Shown here in pieces: positions 14,733 to 27,109 of a stretch of 64,000 nt of DNA (the stretch's first letter is position 1; every line of letters begins with the position of its first letter). The stretch comes from Piromyces finnis finn (Eukaryota; Fungi; Neocallimastigomycota), in assembly GCA_002104945.1 (NCBI GenBank), contig MCFH01000054.1, forward strand, positions 310,001 to 374,000. Reading direction: 5' to 3'. The notes below the pieces were generated by a model, which was not told where the DNA came from, searched no databases, and was given only the letters and a program-made list of their open reading frames with translations. Position numbers and translations under genes: made by a program.

Positions 14733-16301
14733 TTTTGTTAATTTTAATATATATTTATTTTTATAATTTTTTTATTTTTTTTCTTTGTTTGTTATTATTG
14801 TTGTTAATAATATTAAATAAGAATTAATATTATTTATATATTTTCTTCTTTATTAATTCCTTTATATATATATATATATATTACTATTATTATTATTATT
14901 AAAATAGCTAATAATTGTTTTTTTTTTTTTTTTTTTTTTTTTCAAATTACAACTTGTTTTGTAATACTTTACAAAAGAAAAGTAAAATTATTTCATTTAA
15001 AATATAAAGTTTATTATAATAATAATATTATAGGATTAATAATAACTTTTCTTTATATATATTTGTTGAATGAATATATATATATAAAGAAGAGGAATAG
15101 AGAAAATTGTAAAAAAAATTACTTTTTTTTTAAACTTCTAATAAAAAGTTTAAATATTCAAAATGAAAAAAAAAAAAAAAAAAAAGTAATTTTTATAGAT
15201 AGGTTAATTTAATATATTTAAATTAAAAAAAATAAAATGAAATATATTCTATTCATATATTACAATATAATAATAATTAATATTTAATTTAATCAATAGA
15301 AATGTTTAAATTATCAATTTGAAAAAAAGAAAATTAAACTTTTTAAAATAAAAATAGAACATTACAAGAAAGAGTCATTAAGAAGGGTAATTAATATTCA
15401 ATTGACTTGTATCTTGAATAAAAACCATTAAATAATAATAATTTTCTATTTTATTATTATAATTCCTATTTTAATAATAATATAAATATATTATATACAA
15501 GAAAAAAGTGTGTTTAACCAACTCATTTATAGGATTAAATTAAAATTGATATTTAATTATCAAAAGATTCATACCACCAACTTACTAAATAAGTTATTTT
15601 TATAATCATTAAATAAAATAAAATAAAAAAAGAAATTAAAACTGAATACTTATTTAAAAATGGTTTCATTGATGGTTTATTTAAATATTTTAATGAAAAA
15701 AGTGTGTATAATAATGATAGCTTGTCATACGATTCATTAATTTTATATCATAAAATAGTTTATATATTAATTAATTCTACTTGTTATTTATTATACTATT
15801 GGTAAAATATTATAGTTACTATTATAGTTACCTACCATACTTTTAATCTTTATCTTCATATATACATAAAAAAAAAAAAAAAAAAAAAAGAATATTATTT
15901 TAATCAGGAAAATTTTTTTTTTTTTTTTACATAATATTTCCAATTGAATTTTAAAATTTTAAAGTTTCAAATAAAAGACTCGTCATCGATTAGAATATTT
16001 AAATCCATTTATATGCAAAAAAAAAATAAAAAAAATAAAGATACATAATTAATACCTTTTCAATTAATTAAGAAAGAAAAAGGAAATTGGATCATAATTA
16101 TAGAAATAAAAAATGAAGATATAAAATTTTATAAAAATTTAAAGTTTAAAAGAATTTTTCAAATTTACATTATAGGTTATAATAAAGGATAAAGTGTATT
16201 ATCCATCAATTCAATAATACAAGATTTTAAAACATTTCATTATTCCTTTTTTATTTATTACTTAAATATTTAATATAAAATATTAAAATATTTAAAAAAA
16301 A

Positions 16302-19300
16302 ATGGAAATAAAATTAATTATTTTATATCTTTCCTGTCTATGTGTATTTATCTCATCAAAAGAAATTAATAAAATAAAATCAAATAATCATAGCCATATT
16401 CTATCTTCCGAAATAAGAAATACTAAAAAAGGTAAAAAATTATATAAAAAAGTAAAAAAGAAAAAGAAAAAAAAATAATAGATATGATTTACTTACTAAA
16501 ATAATAATATATAAAATATCTATATTTCAATAAAATAAAAATAAATAAATAAAAAAAAAAAAAAAGAATATGAAAATGAAAACGAAATAAATGATAAAAA
16601 TTTAATAAATAATAATAATATTGCCAGTATACAGCAAACAAATTATAAATCCGATAATGTTTACGATTCGGATAGTTTTACTATCGAAAAACAATCAGTT
16701 AATGCTTTAGTTGAAAGCCAACAACAATTAGAGCAGGAACAAGAAAAAGAACATGATCAGATTCAAGTACAAGAACAAAAAGAAGAACAGAAACAAGAAC
16801 AAAAAAAAGAAAAAGAAAAAGAACAAATACAAAGATTAGAACAAGAACAAAAAAAAGAAAAAGAAAAAGAACAAATACAAAGATTAGAAAAAGAACAAAA
16901 AGAAGATCAAGTACAAAATCAACAACAATTAAAACAGGAACAAAAACAAGACCAAGTACAGAATCAACAACAATTAGAACAGGAACAAAAACAAGACCAA
17001 GTACAGAATCAACAACAATTAGAACAGGAACAAAAACAAGACCAAGTACAGAATCAACAACAATTAGAACAGGAACAAAAACAAGACCAAGTACATGAAC
17101 AAAGTCAACAAAATCAACAACAACTAGAACAAGAGCAAACAAAAGAACATGTACATGAACAACAGCTTTCACCAATAACACAAACCTGTGATATAATTAC
17201 TACAACCGTAACTGCTATGATTACTCAAGAAAATACTATAACAGTTACTTTAACAGAACCCACGCACATTCAATGTGTTACTACTACAGAAACTGTTGAG
17301 ATACCTAGTTCAACATATACCACTACTAAAGAAACTATTAGTATTCAAACTAATTATGATGTATCTAATACATCTGATTTTATCCCCTTAAATAGTTTAG
17401 TATGCAAGAATTTATTAAATAACTATTTTAAACCAAATTTAATTATACACTTTGATGATAATATTACATTATTGACTTCTGGAGAAGGATTTATTATTAA
17501 TCAAGATGGAATATCTGATTGTTCAGAAAATTACTCTTTATCAAATACTAACTCGGATAAAAAATTAATGACCTATAACCCTGATAATGGTTTATGTCTT
17601 GATAAAAAGTGTCATCAAATTAAACGTGTAGTAGACTTTTCATGTAACTTTAATGACGAAGAAAATAATTTAAATAAAGAGGAAAGTATCTTCCCAACCA
17701 ATAAAACAAAATGGTTTTCAATTATTAGTGGAAAAGAAATAACAACTTATTATTATGAAAACACTCTTGTTTGTGAAGGTGAAATGTGTCCATTATCTTT
17801 CGAATGTACCTCGAAAAAAAGTAGTGGATTAGAAAATATCACCTTTAACTATTTCAATCAAAAATTAATGGTTAAACCTAATAATAGTAAAGATGTTGAG
17901 ATTTTCACAAATAATTCTCAAGTTAACGCTGTTTTAACAATATTTTCAGGATTAAATATAATTGTATATATTTAAATAATAATTTATATCAAAATAATGA
18001 TAATAATAGTAAAAAAATAATAATAATAAGTATTTGAAATATTTTCTAATTATACAACTAAATAATTAAAAATACATTTTATATTTGTATATATATTTAA
18101 TATTTATCTTATTGATAGAAAACTGTCGATGAAAATATTAATGTATGTGATTATACCGACTATATTACATGTTTTAATGGAAAATTTATTAAATTGTAAA
18201 TTATTTTTTTTTTCTTTATCATATATATATAAATAATTGGATATATAGAGTATAAATTATATAATAATTTATATTTTATATAGAAAGAATTTATCATATA
18301 ATATTAAAGAAATTAATTATTTAATCTTTTTTTTTTTTTATTAATATTTGTATAAAATTATTATTTTACCATCTACAAATTTTTATAATTTAATTATTCT
18401 AGGAATTTATCATCATATGAAATAACCAATGACCTATGGGGATTTATTTTTAAATTAGAATATTTAGAAGAATTATATTTACATAATTGTAAATTGACTT
18501 CAGCTTTTCTTCAAAGTATTGATCGTTTATCACATTTAAAGGTTTTAGATGTTTCTAAAAATTCCATAACGAATGGATTAAAATATATCGCTGAACTCAA
18601 AAATTTAGAGCTTTTGTAAATATAGAGTTAAAAATATACCTATAATTGTTTTTCCTTAAAAAATTACTAATATTATAATGATTACCTTTATTAAATATAA
18701 TGTATAATATTATGTTATATATATTTGATATTCAATGCTACTTACAGAAATATATCCAACAATCCAATTACTGATAATATTGCAATTTTAGAAAAAATTA
18801 AACACACTCTGGAAACATTTAACGCATCTAATACCCAAATTAAAGGAGACATTAATACAATTTCAAATCTATCAAATATTAAAAAAGTGTAATTATTTAT
18901 ATTTACTTTGTAATTTTTAAACTATATAAAAAAGTATAATTGAAAAAAAAAAAACTAATTCTATATATATCTGATATTAAAAAAAAATAATAATTACATC
19001 TTTAGATTTCTTTCTAATTCAAATATATCTGGAGATATTTCAGTTCTATATATTAAAAAAAGAAGGTATAGATGTATTATAAAATAAGATGCTTTCGTAA
19101 ACACTATTTACTTAATAAAAACAAAATTATTTTATTTAAAATAATTTTATAGTAATATCATCAAAAAGAGTGATTACATCCTACCACATTCATTGACACA
19201 CCTGTAATTAATTAATATTTTAATTTAAAAAAAATATAATAATATAGTTATTAATTGAATTATTATTTAATATATATATATATAATAAAATAACAGAGAT

Positions 19301-21742
19301 ATTTCAATGACTAGTATTAAAGGAAATATCAATGATTTATTTACAAATCCTTGTAACCTTGAATATATGTAAGCTTTTGTTTTAACCAATCTTTAAGTTA
19401 TTTCAATACTTTTTATTATTTTACTACCAATAACATATATTAATTTTTTATTCTACTTTTTGTCATCATTTTATATATATATTTTTTTTTGATAAATATA
19501 GAAACATAAGTAATACACAAATAATAGGATCAATTCCATCTAATTTATATCAATGTCAAAATTTAAAATCAATGTAAATAATTTAAAAATATAAAAAAAT
19601 TATAATGAAAATAATACTAATATATTTTTTATATCTTTTTTTTTCTTTTAGTAATTTATCAAATACTCCTGTTATTGGTGAAATTTCTCCAGATATTAAA
19701 AATTTAACTAAATTGAAGGAAATGTTAGTAGTAAATATACTTTTATATACAAGAAAATATAAAAAAAAAAAAAAAAAAAAAATACTAAAATTTGTTTTTG
19801 TTTTTTTTTCTTTTAATATTGCAATACTTTTTTTATTTATTAGTATCTTATCCAGTACAGATATTAATAATATTAATTTGGAATATTTTATGACAATGCC
19901 AGATTTGGAAATTATGTAAATTTTTAAACCGATAGAAAAAAAATTTTTTTTCTTCAAAGATTATATAATAATAAAAAAAAAAATTGTTTTTAATAAACTT
20001 TTTTTTTATTAAATATATATATATATAAATATATATTATTAGTAATATATCACAAACAAAAACTAGTGGAATAATACCTGAAGATATTTCTAAATTAAAG
20101 AAATTAATCGTATTTGATATTCATAGTACAAAAATTGAAGGTTATGTTCCTAATGATTTCTTTAACCTAAATACATTAAATATTGTTGATCTTTCTAACA
20201 CCTTCCTTTGTGGTGGTTATAACGAAGATGTATGTGGTATGAATTCAAAAATGGATGGTTCTATTCGTACTATTCCAAGTTGTAAAGTAAATATTAATAT
20301 GTGTAATAATTGTTCTTTCTGTCCAACAACGTGTAATCCTATAATATTTAAATATACCTTTATGGATTGGAATAATTATGAGGAAGTTTCCTTTGAAAAA
20401 GATGTATATAATCCTTCAAGAGTTCTTTGTAAAGGTTCAACATATACCTGTCCTGTATCTTACTATTTCTGTGTGAGTAAATATAATATGGATAATAATG
20501 TCAATAAAATTCATTTCAATACTACTACAGGTAATATTGAAATGAATACATATGCTAATTTTATTAATACTGAAAGTCTTTTAGAACCCATGGATGAATC
20601 AATCTTACAAGAATTACACGGAGAAATTAATAATAATGAAAACTCATCTGAGGCAGAAAAAGATATTATGAATTTCTCATCAAATGATGATCTTATTACG
20701 GAATCTCCAACTCAAAAAGAAATGTCCAAACAAATTATTCAAGAGAAAATACTAGAATTAAATAATGAATCTGAAATGAATTTGCCAAGTAAGAACGAAA
20801 CAGATACCAACCTACCTATGAATGAATCTACCAACCCCGCCGCCGCCGATAACGACAATTCTAATCCATCAAATCAAACAGAGCAAAATCAAACCAATCC
20901 TTCTAATGATAAAGACATTGAATACTATAAAAATTACTATAAAAATTATTATAATGACTACTATAAGAATGAAAGTGATCAAAAAGTATATAAAATAATT
21001 GCTCTTGCCGTATTAATCTGTTGGGCTCTTGGATTATTCTTATTCATTGTATGGATTTTAATAAAACATAATGATAGTAATAGATATGGCAGAAAATCTT
21101 ATGATTTGTATGTTATCCTATAAAAAAAAACTTTTATATATATATTTAAAAAAAAAAAAAAAGATTAATATAATACACTTGGATATATATATATATATAC
21201 TAATAGATTTATTATATTACTTTTAACTCTATAATTTTATTATATATATTTATAAATATTTATATATATTATATATATATATTTATAGCCTTTTATTAAT
21301 ACCAGCAGCTATTATTTCTTTCCCATTTTCTATAATATTTATGTTTATCTATTATTGTGTTACTACCCGTTCACCATGCCTTCCAAAATACGATGTTGAT
21401 TTAATTATTGAAATGGGTCAAAATAGTGAAGCTTTCAAAAACTTTATTCAATCAAGAACACCACCACCAAATAATAAAAATAATAGTGATCAGAAAAATA
21501 ATAATAAAGATAATAAACAACCTGTTACCAAAAGTAATAATATTTCTACACCATCAAATAAAAATCATGAAAATGCATCTTATAAAAATTCTAAATATAC
21601 CCATAGTATGAGTAGTGTTAATAGTAGTAGTAGTAGTGACAGTAGTAATAGTGACAATAGTAGTGATAGCAGTAGCAGTAGCAGTAGTACAGAAAGTTAT
21701 AATAATAAAAAGACTAGTATCAACAGAAGAGTCATTTATTAA
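16302..21742 (+). CDS. Secreted/membrane leucine-rich-repeat receptor-like protein, 13 exons, ~1291 aa (signal peptide, Q/E repeats, Thr-rich stalk, Cys-containing domain, ~13 plant-type LRRs, Cys-rich region, 2 hydrophobic helices, Ser-rich tail)
   Basis: Exons 16302-16431, 16567-17963, 18119-18195, 18403-18615, 18748-18888, 19006-19065, 19153-19203, 19297-19368, 19502-19573, 19652-19723, 19844-19915, 20043-21107, 21289-21742 (3876 nt, open throughout). Signal peptide MEIKLIILYLSCLCVFISS. LRRs include GSIPSNLYQCQNLKSINLSNT and SGIIPEDISKLKKLIVFDIHST. Hydrophobic segments IIALAVLICWALGLFLFIVWILI and FLLLIPAAIISFPFSIIFMFIYYCV. Confidence 0.82.
16794..17100 (+). repeat. Coding minisatellite: 2 x 48-bp unit (QEQKKEKEKEQIQRLE) followed by ~5 x 45-bp unit (QEQKQDQVQNQQQLE)
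   Basis: 48-bp copies at 16794 and 16842; degenerate 45-bp copy at 16890; identical 45-bp copies at 16935, 16980 and 17025; partial copy at 17070. Confidence 0.92.
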
Positions 21743-21832
21743 AAGAATATATATATATATAAAATTTACTTTTATTGATAAAAAATTTAATCGATCATAA
21801 TTTTCATCCACATATTTCATAACACTAAAACA

Positions 21833-21845
21833 CCCCCCCCCCCCC
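21833..21845. repeat. C13 homopolymer downstream of the LRR gene stop
   Basis: cccccccccccccc-type run visible at 21833-21845 in an otherwise A/T-dominated region. Confidence 0.9.
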
Positions 21846-22428
21846 ATAAATTATATTCTCAATTCAAAAAAAAAGAAATAAATTAAATATTAATAATTTT
21901 TATTTGTAAATAGATTTTTTTTCTTATATTAAAAAATATAATAAAAAATGAATAATTATAAAAGAAATATTAAAAAATAAATTGTTTTATAGTATTTTTT
22001 TTTTTTTTCATTTGTTTTCTAAAAATGTAATTATAATAATTAGAAAATAAATTGTATTGAAAAAAAAATATATATATATATATACTATAAACATTTTTGG
22101 TATTCTATCAAAGTCTAAATATTTTTTTTTTTTATATATAATATTGTAAATAGATATAATTATAAAATTCTCTTTTTTTACATGTTATTTCATAATATTA
22201 ATTAAAAAAAAAATAAAATTAACCATCTAAATTAAATAAGACATATATATATTATTATTAAAAAAAAAAAAAAGAGTATTTTAAATTTGTTTTTCAGTGG
22301 TTGAGTTGGTAACTACTATTTATATATGTATAATTGATTATATGATAAAAAAAACATTATGATGGATTGTTTGGTTTTTTGTTGTTATTTCTAAATAATG
22401 ATAATTGTGTTTTGGTACTGAATCATAT

Positions 22429-25400
22429 TTATTCAATTTCTAACTTCAATCTAATCTTCATTGAAAGTAATTCAGTACATAAGTATCTGAATACATATGG
22501 AACAGAAATTAAATCTATGTGTTTATGAGTATTACATGTACCACAAATAACACTTTCTCTCTTGGATGGAATAACAGTAGTATTTGGAACAGCCATTGGT
22601 GATAATATAGAACCACACTTCTTACATACGTAAGCCTAAAAAATAAAAAATGAAAAAAAAAAAAATACATATTAATAAATATTTTTAATTAATTTTCTTG
22701 TAAAAAAATTCATTCATTCTATTTAATTGTAAATTACTTGTGAGTAATCAGAACAATTCATCAATCTGTCTTGAAGTGTGAAGGAAACACCGTGAGCTAA
22801 TAATGAATCTCTTTCCATTTCACCGAAACGGATACCACCAGCTCTCTTTCTACCCTTAACTGGTTGTTGAGTTAAGTTGTGAACTGGACCAGTAGTACGT
22901 ACTTGGTACTTATCTGAAACCATGTGACGAAGACGTTGGTAGTAAACAACCTATTCAAAATAAAACATTCAACATTTATATAGAAACTATTAACATACAC
23001 ACTCTAATTTGATAATAATATCCAAAAACCAAAAAAAAAAATATTATTTAAAAATACTTACACCAAGATAAATATCAGCCTTGAATTCCTTACCAGTAAT
23101 ACCACTGTACATTGGTTCATTACCATAATAGTTGTAACCAGCTGCTCTTAATTGTTCACCGAAGTAATCAACAGCAGTTTGGTGGTCTTCAGAGAATTGG
23201 AATGGAGTAGAATCTTGAGCAATACCATGAAGGGCACCACTCTTACCAGCAATACTTTCGACAAACATACCGATAGTCATACGAGATGGGAAAGCGTGTG
23301 GGTTAATAATAACATCTGGAACAATACCAGATTCAGAGAATGGCATATCAATCATTGGCCACTTTAAGGAACAAACACCCTTTTGACCGTGTCTGGAAGA
23401 GAACTTATCACCAATAATTGGTCTACGAGTAATTCTAATCTTAATTTGTGCCTTTTGGAAACCGCGGTTGTTTGATTCATCACCTAAAGCACGAACTTCT
23501 TGAACAAAACCATCTTCAATTTCCTTGTACTTGACAATCTTAGTTTGACCAGAAGTTTCATCATAGTAAGAGTATAAAGCACATCCAGTGGTAAGCTTAG
23601 CACCGATGATTGGTAAACCATCTTGATCTAAGGTTTGCTTAGCCTTTTCGATTTCTTCCATGTTACGTAAATTACTGGTAGATTGTTGGAATTTGAAGTA
23701 GCAAGCATTTGGTTCACCCTTTGGGCACTTTTCAGTTAAATCAATGAAATGACTCTTGTAAATAATACCGTGACCAAAACCACGTTCTTCAGAAGACTTA
23801 TTTAAGATCATAGCATCTTCCATATCGTAACCAGTGTAGGAAATGACAGCAACGACAGCATTCATACCATTTGGATAGTAATCTAACTTGTATTTATCAT
23901 GCATCTTTGGTCTAACAATTGGAGTTTGACCAGTTTGTAAACGATACATCTTGTTATCAGTTCTACTTGGAAGATTGTGTGCTGGAGTACCCATAGTTTG
24001 TTTACCCATCTGGCATTGGTAAAGATTTCTTGGAGATTGGTTAAAGTCAGAGAATGGAGTCATGTTAGCAATAACACTAAGAATATCTGTTGGAGAGAAA
24101 TCTTGATGGGTGGTAACACCTGGAACAATATCTTCATTCAAACATGCAATTTCCATATAAACTTGTTCTAAACTACCAACCATATCTTTCTTTCCATTAG
24201 CTAAATACTTAACTGGACGCATCATTCTGGACATTGTAGTGAAAATGAAAAGACCTGGATATTGACCACCACGAGATGGTGGAATGAAAGCAAGTTCAGT
24301 ATCTAATGGAATACCATGGGTACCATTGACCTTCCAGAAACGAAGAGTATCAGCAACTTCCTTAGCCTTTTTGGCACTACACCAACCAACAACCTTACCA
24401 TCGATCATAACCATAATAGTTTGTTCCATTAAATCGTCATCAGTCTTATCTTCATCAGAAAGGGTAATTTGTTTGTCAGTAATAATTGGGTTAAGATAGA
24501 TTGGAGAAACACCAAGACTAATAATAAGTTTTGGTAATTTAGAGACATCATTTTCAGTTGTAATAATTTTACAAGTATGACTAAGGTGATTTAAAAGACC
24601 ACATGGACCACCATCTGGAGTGTGTACTGGACAAAGGAAACCCCAAGCTTCTGGAAGTAACTTTCTTACAGAAGTAGTCTTTAATTCGGCAAAGAAAGAA
24701 CCACGATGGATAGATCTAAAGTGAGAAAGGTATCTGTAGTAATTTAATTTTTCTGCAACGACAGTATAACCAGAAACTTGTTGTAAATCCAAACCAGTAT
24801 TAGTAATTAAATTACCAGTAGCAAGGAAAAATTCCATCTTACGACCAACATCCATATTAACCTTTGAAGTAACCTTTTGAATATACTTAAGGTTAAAGAA
24901 ATCGACGGAAGCAAGACCACGACGGATATCTTGATTAATTTGACCCTTAATAGCAGAAAGAATATCGACTAATTTTTCTTTAATATGAGCTAAGTAAAGG
25001 AAACCACCTAAAAGAACTTCTTGGTTCATTGGAGAATCTGGATTATCTGGAACACATTTACCAGCAACAAGAGCATATAATTTTTGAAGCATGTAAATTA
25101 AAATGTTGAATTTTTCTCTGTCATCATCAAGGTGAACAAGAATAACTCTCTTAAGGAATTCCTTACCAACTTCAAGAGCATTCATATCATCTGGAGAATC
25201 CATCATAACATGGAACTTAGTTCCAAGGTAAGCAAGGCATTGTTCACGGTTGAATAAGTTGAATTTCTTGAAATCTCTTAAAAGTAATTCCATACGGTCA
25301 GTAACAAATGTATCTTGAACTTCACGATCACTGTTTCCCATAATAACTCTTTCGAAAATTTCCTTATCACTGCATTCAACTAAGGACTTTAAAATTAACA

Positions 25401-26588
25401 TTAAAGGAACCATATATTCTTGCTTACGGTAAATGAAACGTAAAGTAACATTACCATCAGTACAGTAATGAATAGTAATAGTTTGGGAAGTTTGATCTGG
25501 TCTAGCACAACGAATTGATACACCAAAGTGAGTGTAAGTTGGACCACGATTTTGGAAACTGGAACGAATTAAAGCAATTGGGTTGTTTCTACGTGGAATA
25601 ATTAAAAGACGAATTAAACGTTCAATACCATTAATAACGAAATAACCACCAAATTCTTCTGAATCTTCACTCTTTTTAATTAATTCAGCTGAAGATAAAC
25701 CGTATAAATTACATTTTGAAGACTAATATTATTGTTGTTTACATCAAATAAAAAAAAAGCAATCACATGTTATTTATTATTAAAAATGATATTATAATAA
25801 ATTTTTTATTATATATCAAATATAAAAAAAGAAATTAAATTAATTTTTATGTTTTTTTAAAATGATATAAAAATTTTCGAATATTAAAAACCATTTTTTA
25901 AAAAAAAAGCATATTTATATTTATTTTGGCATATTTATACTTACTCTAACCATAATTGGAAGGTAACCTAAGTTTTTAATTTCACTATTTTCTGGACCAT
26001 CATTAACAGTCCAACATAATTTAGCTTGCATCTTTGATTTGTAAGTGACACCTCTTTCACGACATTCATATGGATATAATAATTTGGAATGACCGTCACA
26101 CATGATTGAAGGTTTACCAACATTAACTTCTTCTATCCAAACTATTATTTCAAAAAGTTATTAATTCATTGAAAAATATATATGAAAAGAAATTATATTA
26201 ATATCATAAATTAAATTTTATTTATTAATATATTATAAATATTTTAGTTTTTAATAGTTATTAACATCCCAGTGTAATACTTAGAAAATAAAAATATATT
26301 AAAAAAAATATAGATTTAAAATATTTTTGTCTTTTTATAATTACATTTTAATTTATTTCCTTTGGATCCTTCAGAATCCTTTCCATCAAAAATAACAAAT
26401 GGACTAATATCTTCAACTGCACGATCTAATAAACCCTTTCCATCAGTGCTTCCTTCAACATGAAAAATTGCGTTAAAACTTTCAACATGTGGTTCTGATA
26501 ATTTTTGTAATTCTGGAGCATTACATCCAGTTTTAGAAGGAAATTTGAATTCCTTTTCTCTTTCTAATGTATGAAATGTTGATGGCAT
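22429..26588 (-). CDS. RPA2: RNA polymerase I second-largest subunit (RPA135), 5 exons, ~1173 aa
   Basis: Exons 26588-26345, 26141-25945, 25722-23062, 22950-22738, 22635-22429 (3522 nt). Start [14 protein letters not shown]; motifs [60 protein letters not shown]; C-terminal zinc motif CKKCGS...CGTC. Confidence 0.98.
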
Positions 26589-27099
26589 TTTTATCTCTTT
26601 TAAATGATAATAAATAAATTATATAATATGTTGATAATAAATTAATTTGTTTTTAAACTGAATTAGATTAAAATTATATGAAATTTGAATCTTGAAAAAT
26701 TCCAAATTTTATAAAACTGAATAAAAAAAAATAAATATATATATAATTATTGAAGTGCTAAAATATTTAAATAAAGATGGTATGTTTTCTAATAATAAAT
26801 ATATTTTTTAAAAAAGTAAAAAGTGTCAATTTGCTTTTTATTTCTTAATGTTTTATTATTAGCATTTCAATAATTTTTGACTTTAAAATTAAAAAAAAAA
26901 AAAAAAAAAAAAAATTAAAAATCATAATTATAAAAAAAAAAAATATATGAAAATATATTGAATATATTATAATATATGTAACTATATAATTTTTTAATAT
27001 AAATATAGATTTTTATTATTGTTTATATATATTGAATTTTACTAATATTTTTCATTATTTCAAAAAAAAATATTTATACAAAAAGTTTTATATTCAAAT

Positions 27100-27109
27100 C
27101 TGATTGGTT
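27100..27109. promoter_or_regulatory. Candidate CCAAT box upstream of RPA2
   Basis: ctgattggtt about 510 bp upstream of the RPA2 ATG; matches the CCAAT/Y-box consensus. Function is not shown. Confidence 0.3.

Noticed and set aside
16794-17100. Possible CRISPR-like repeat array
   Set aside because: The units are contiguous with no unique spacers, lie in frame in a eukaryotic exon, and no cas genes are present.
16699-17181. Hydrophobic repetitive ORF (VLGLVFVPVLIVVDS)n on the minus strand, resembling a membrane protein
   Set aside because: It is the exact antisense of the Q/E coding repeat in the LRR gene.
23152-24499. Three short plus-strand ORFs inside RPA2
   Set aside because: They are antisense ORFs expected from the biased codon usage of a conserved gene.
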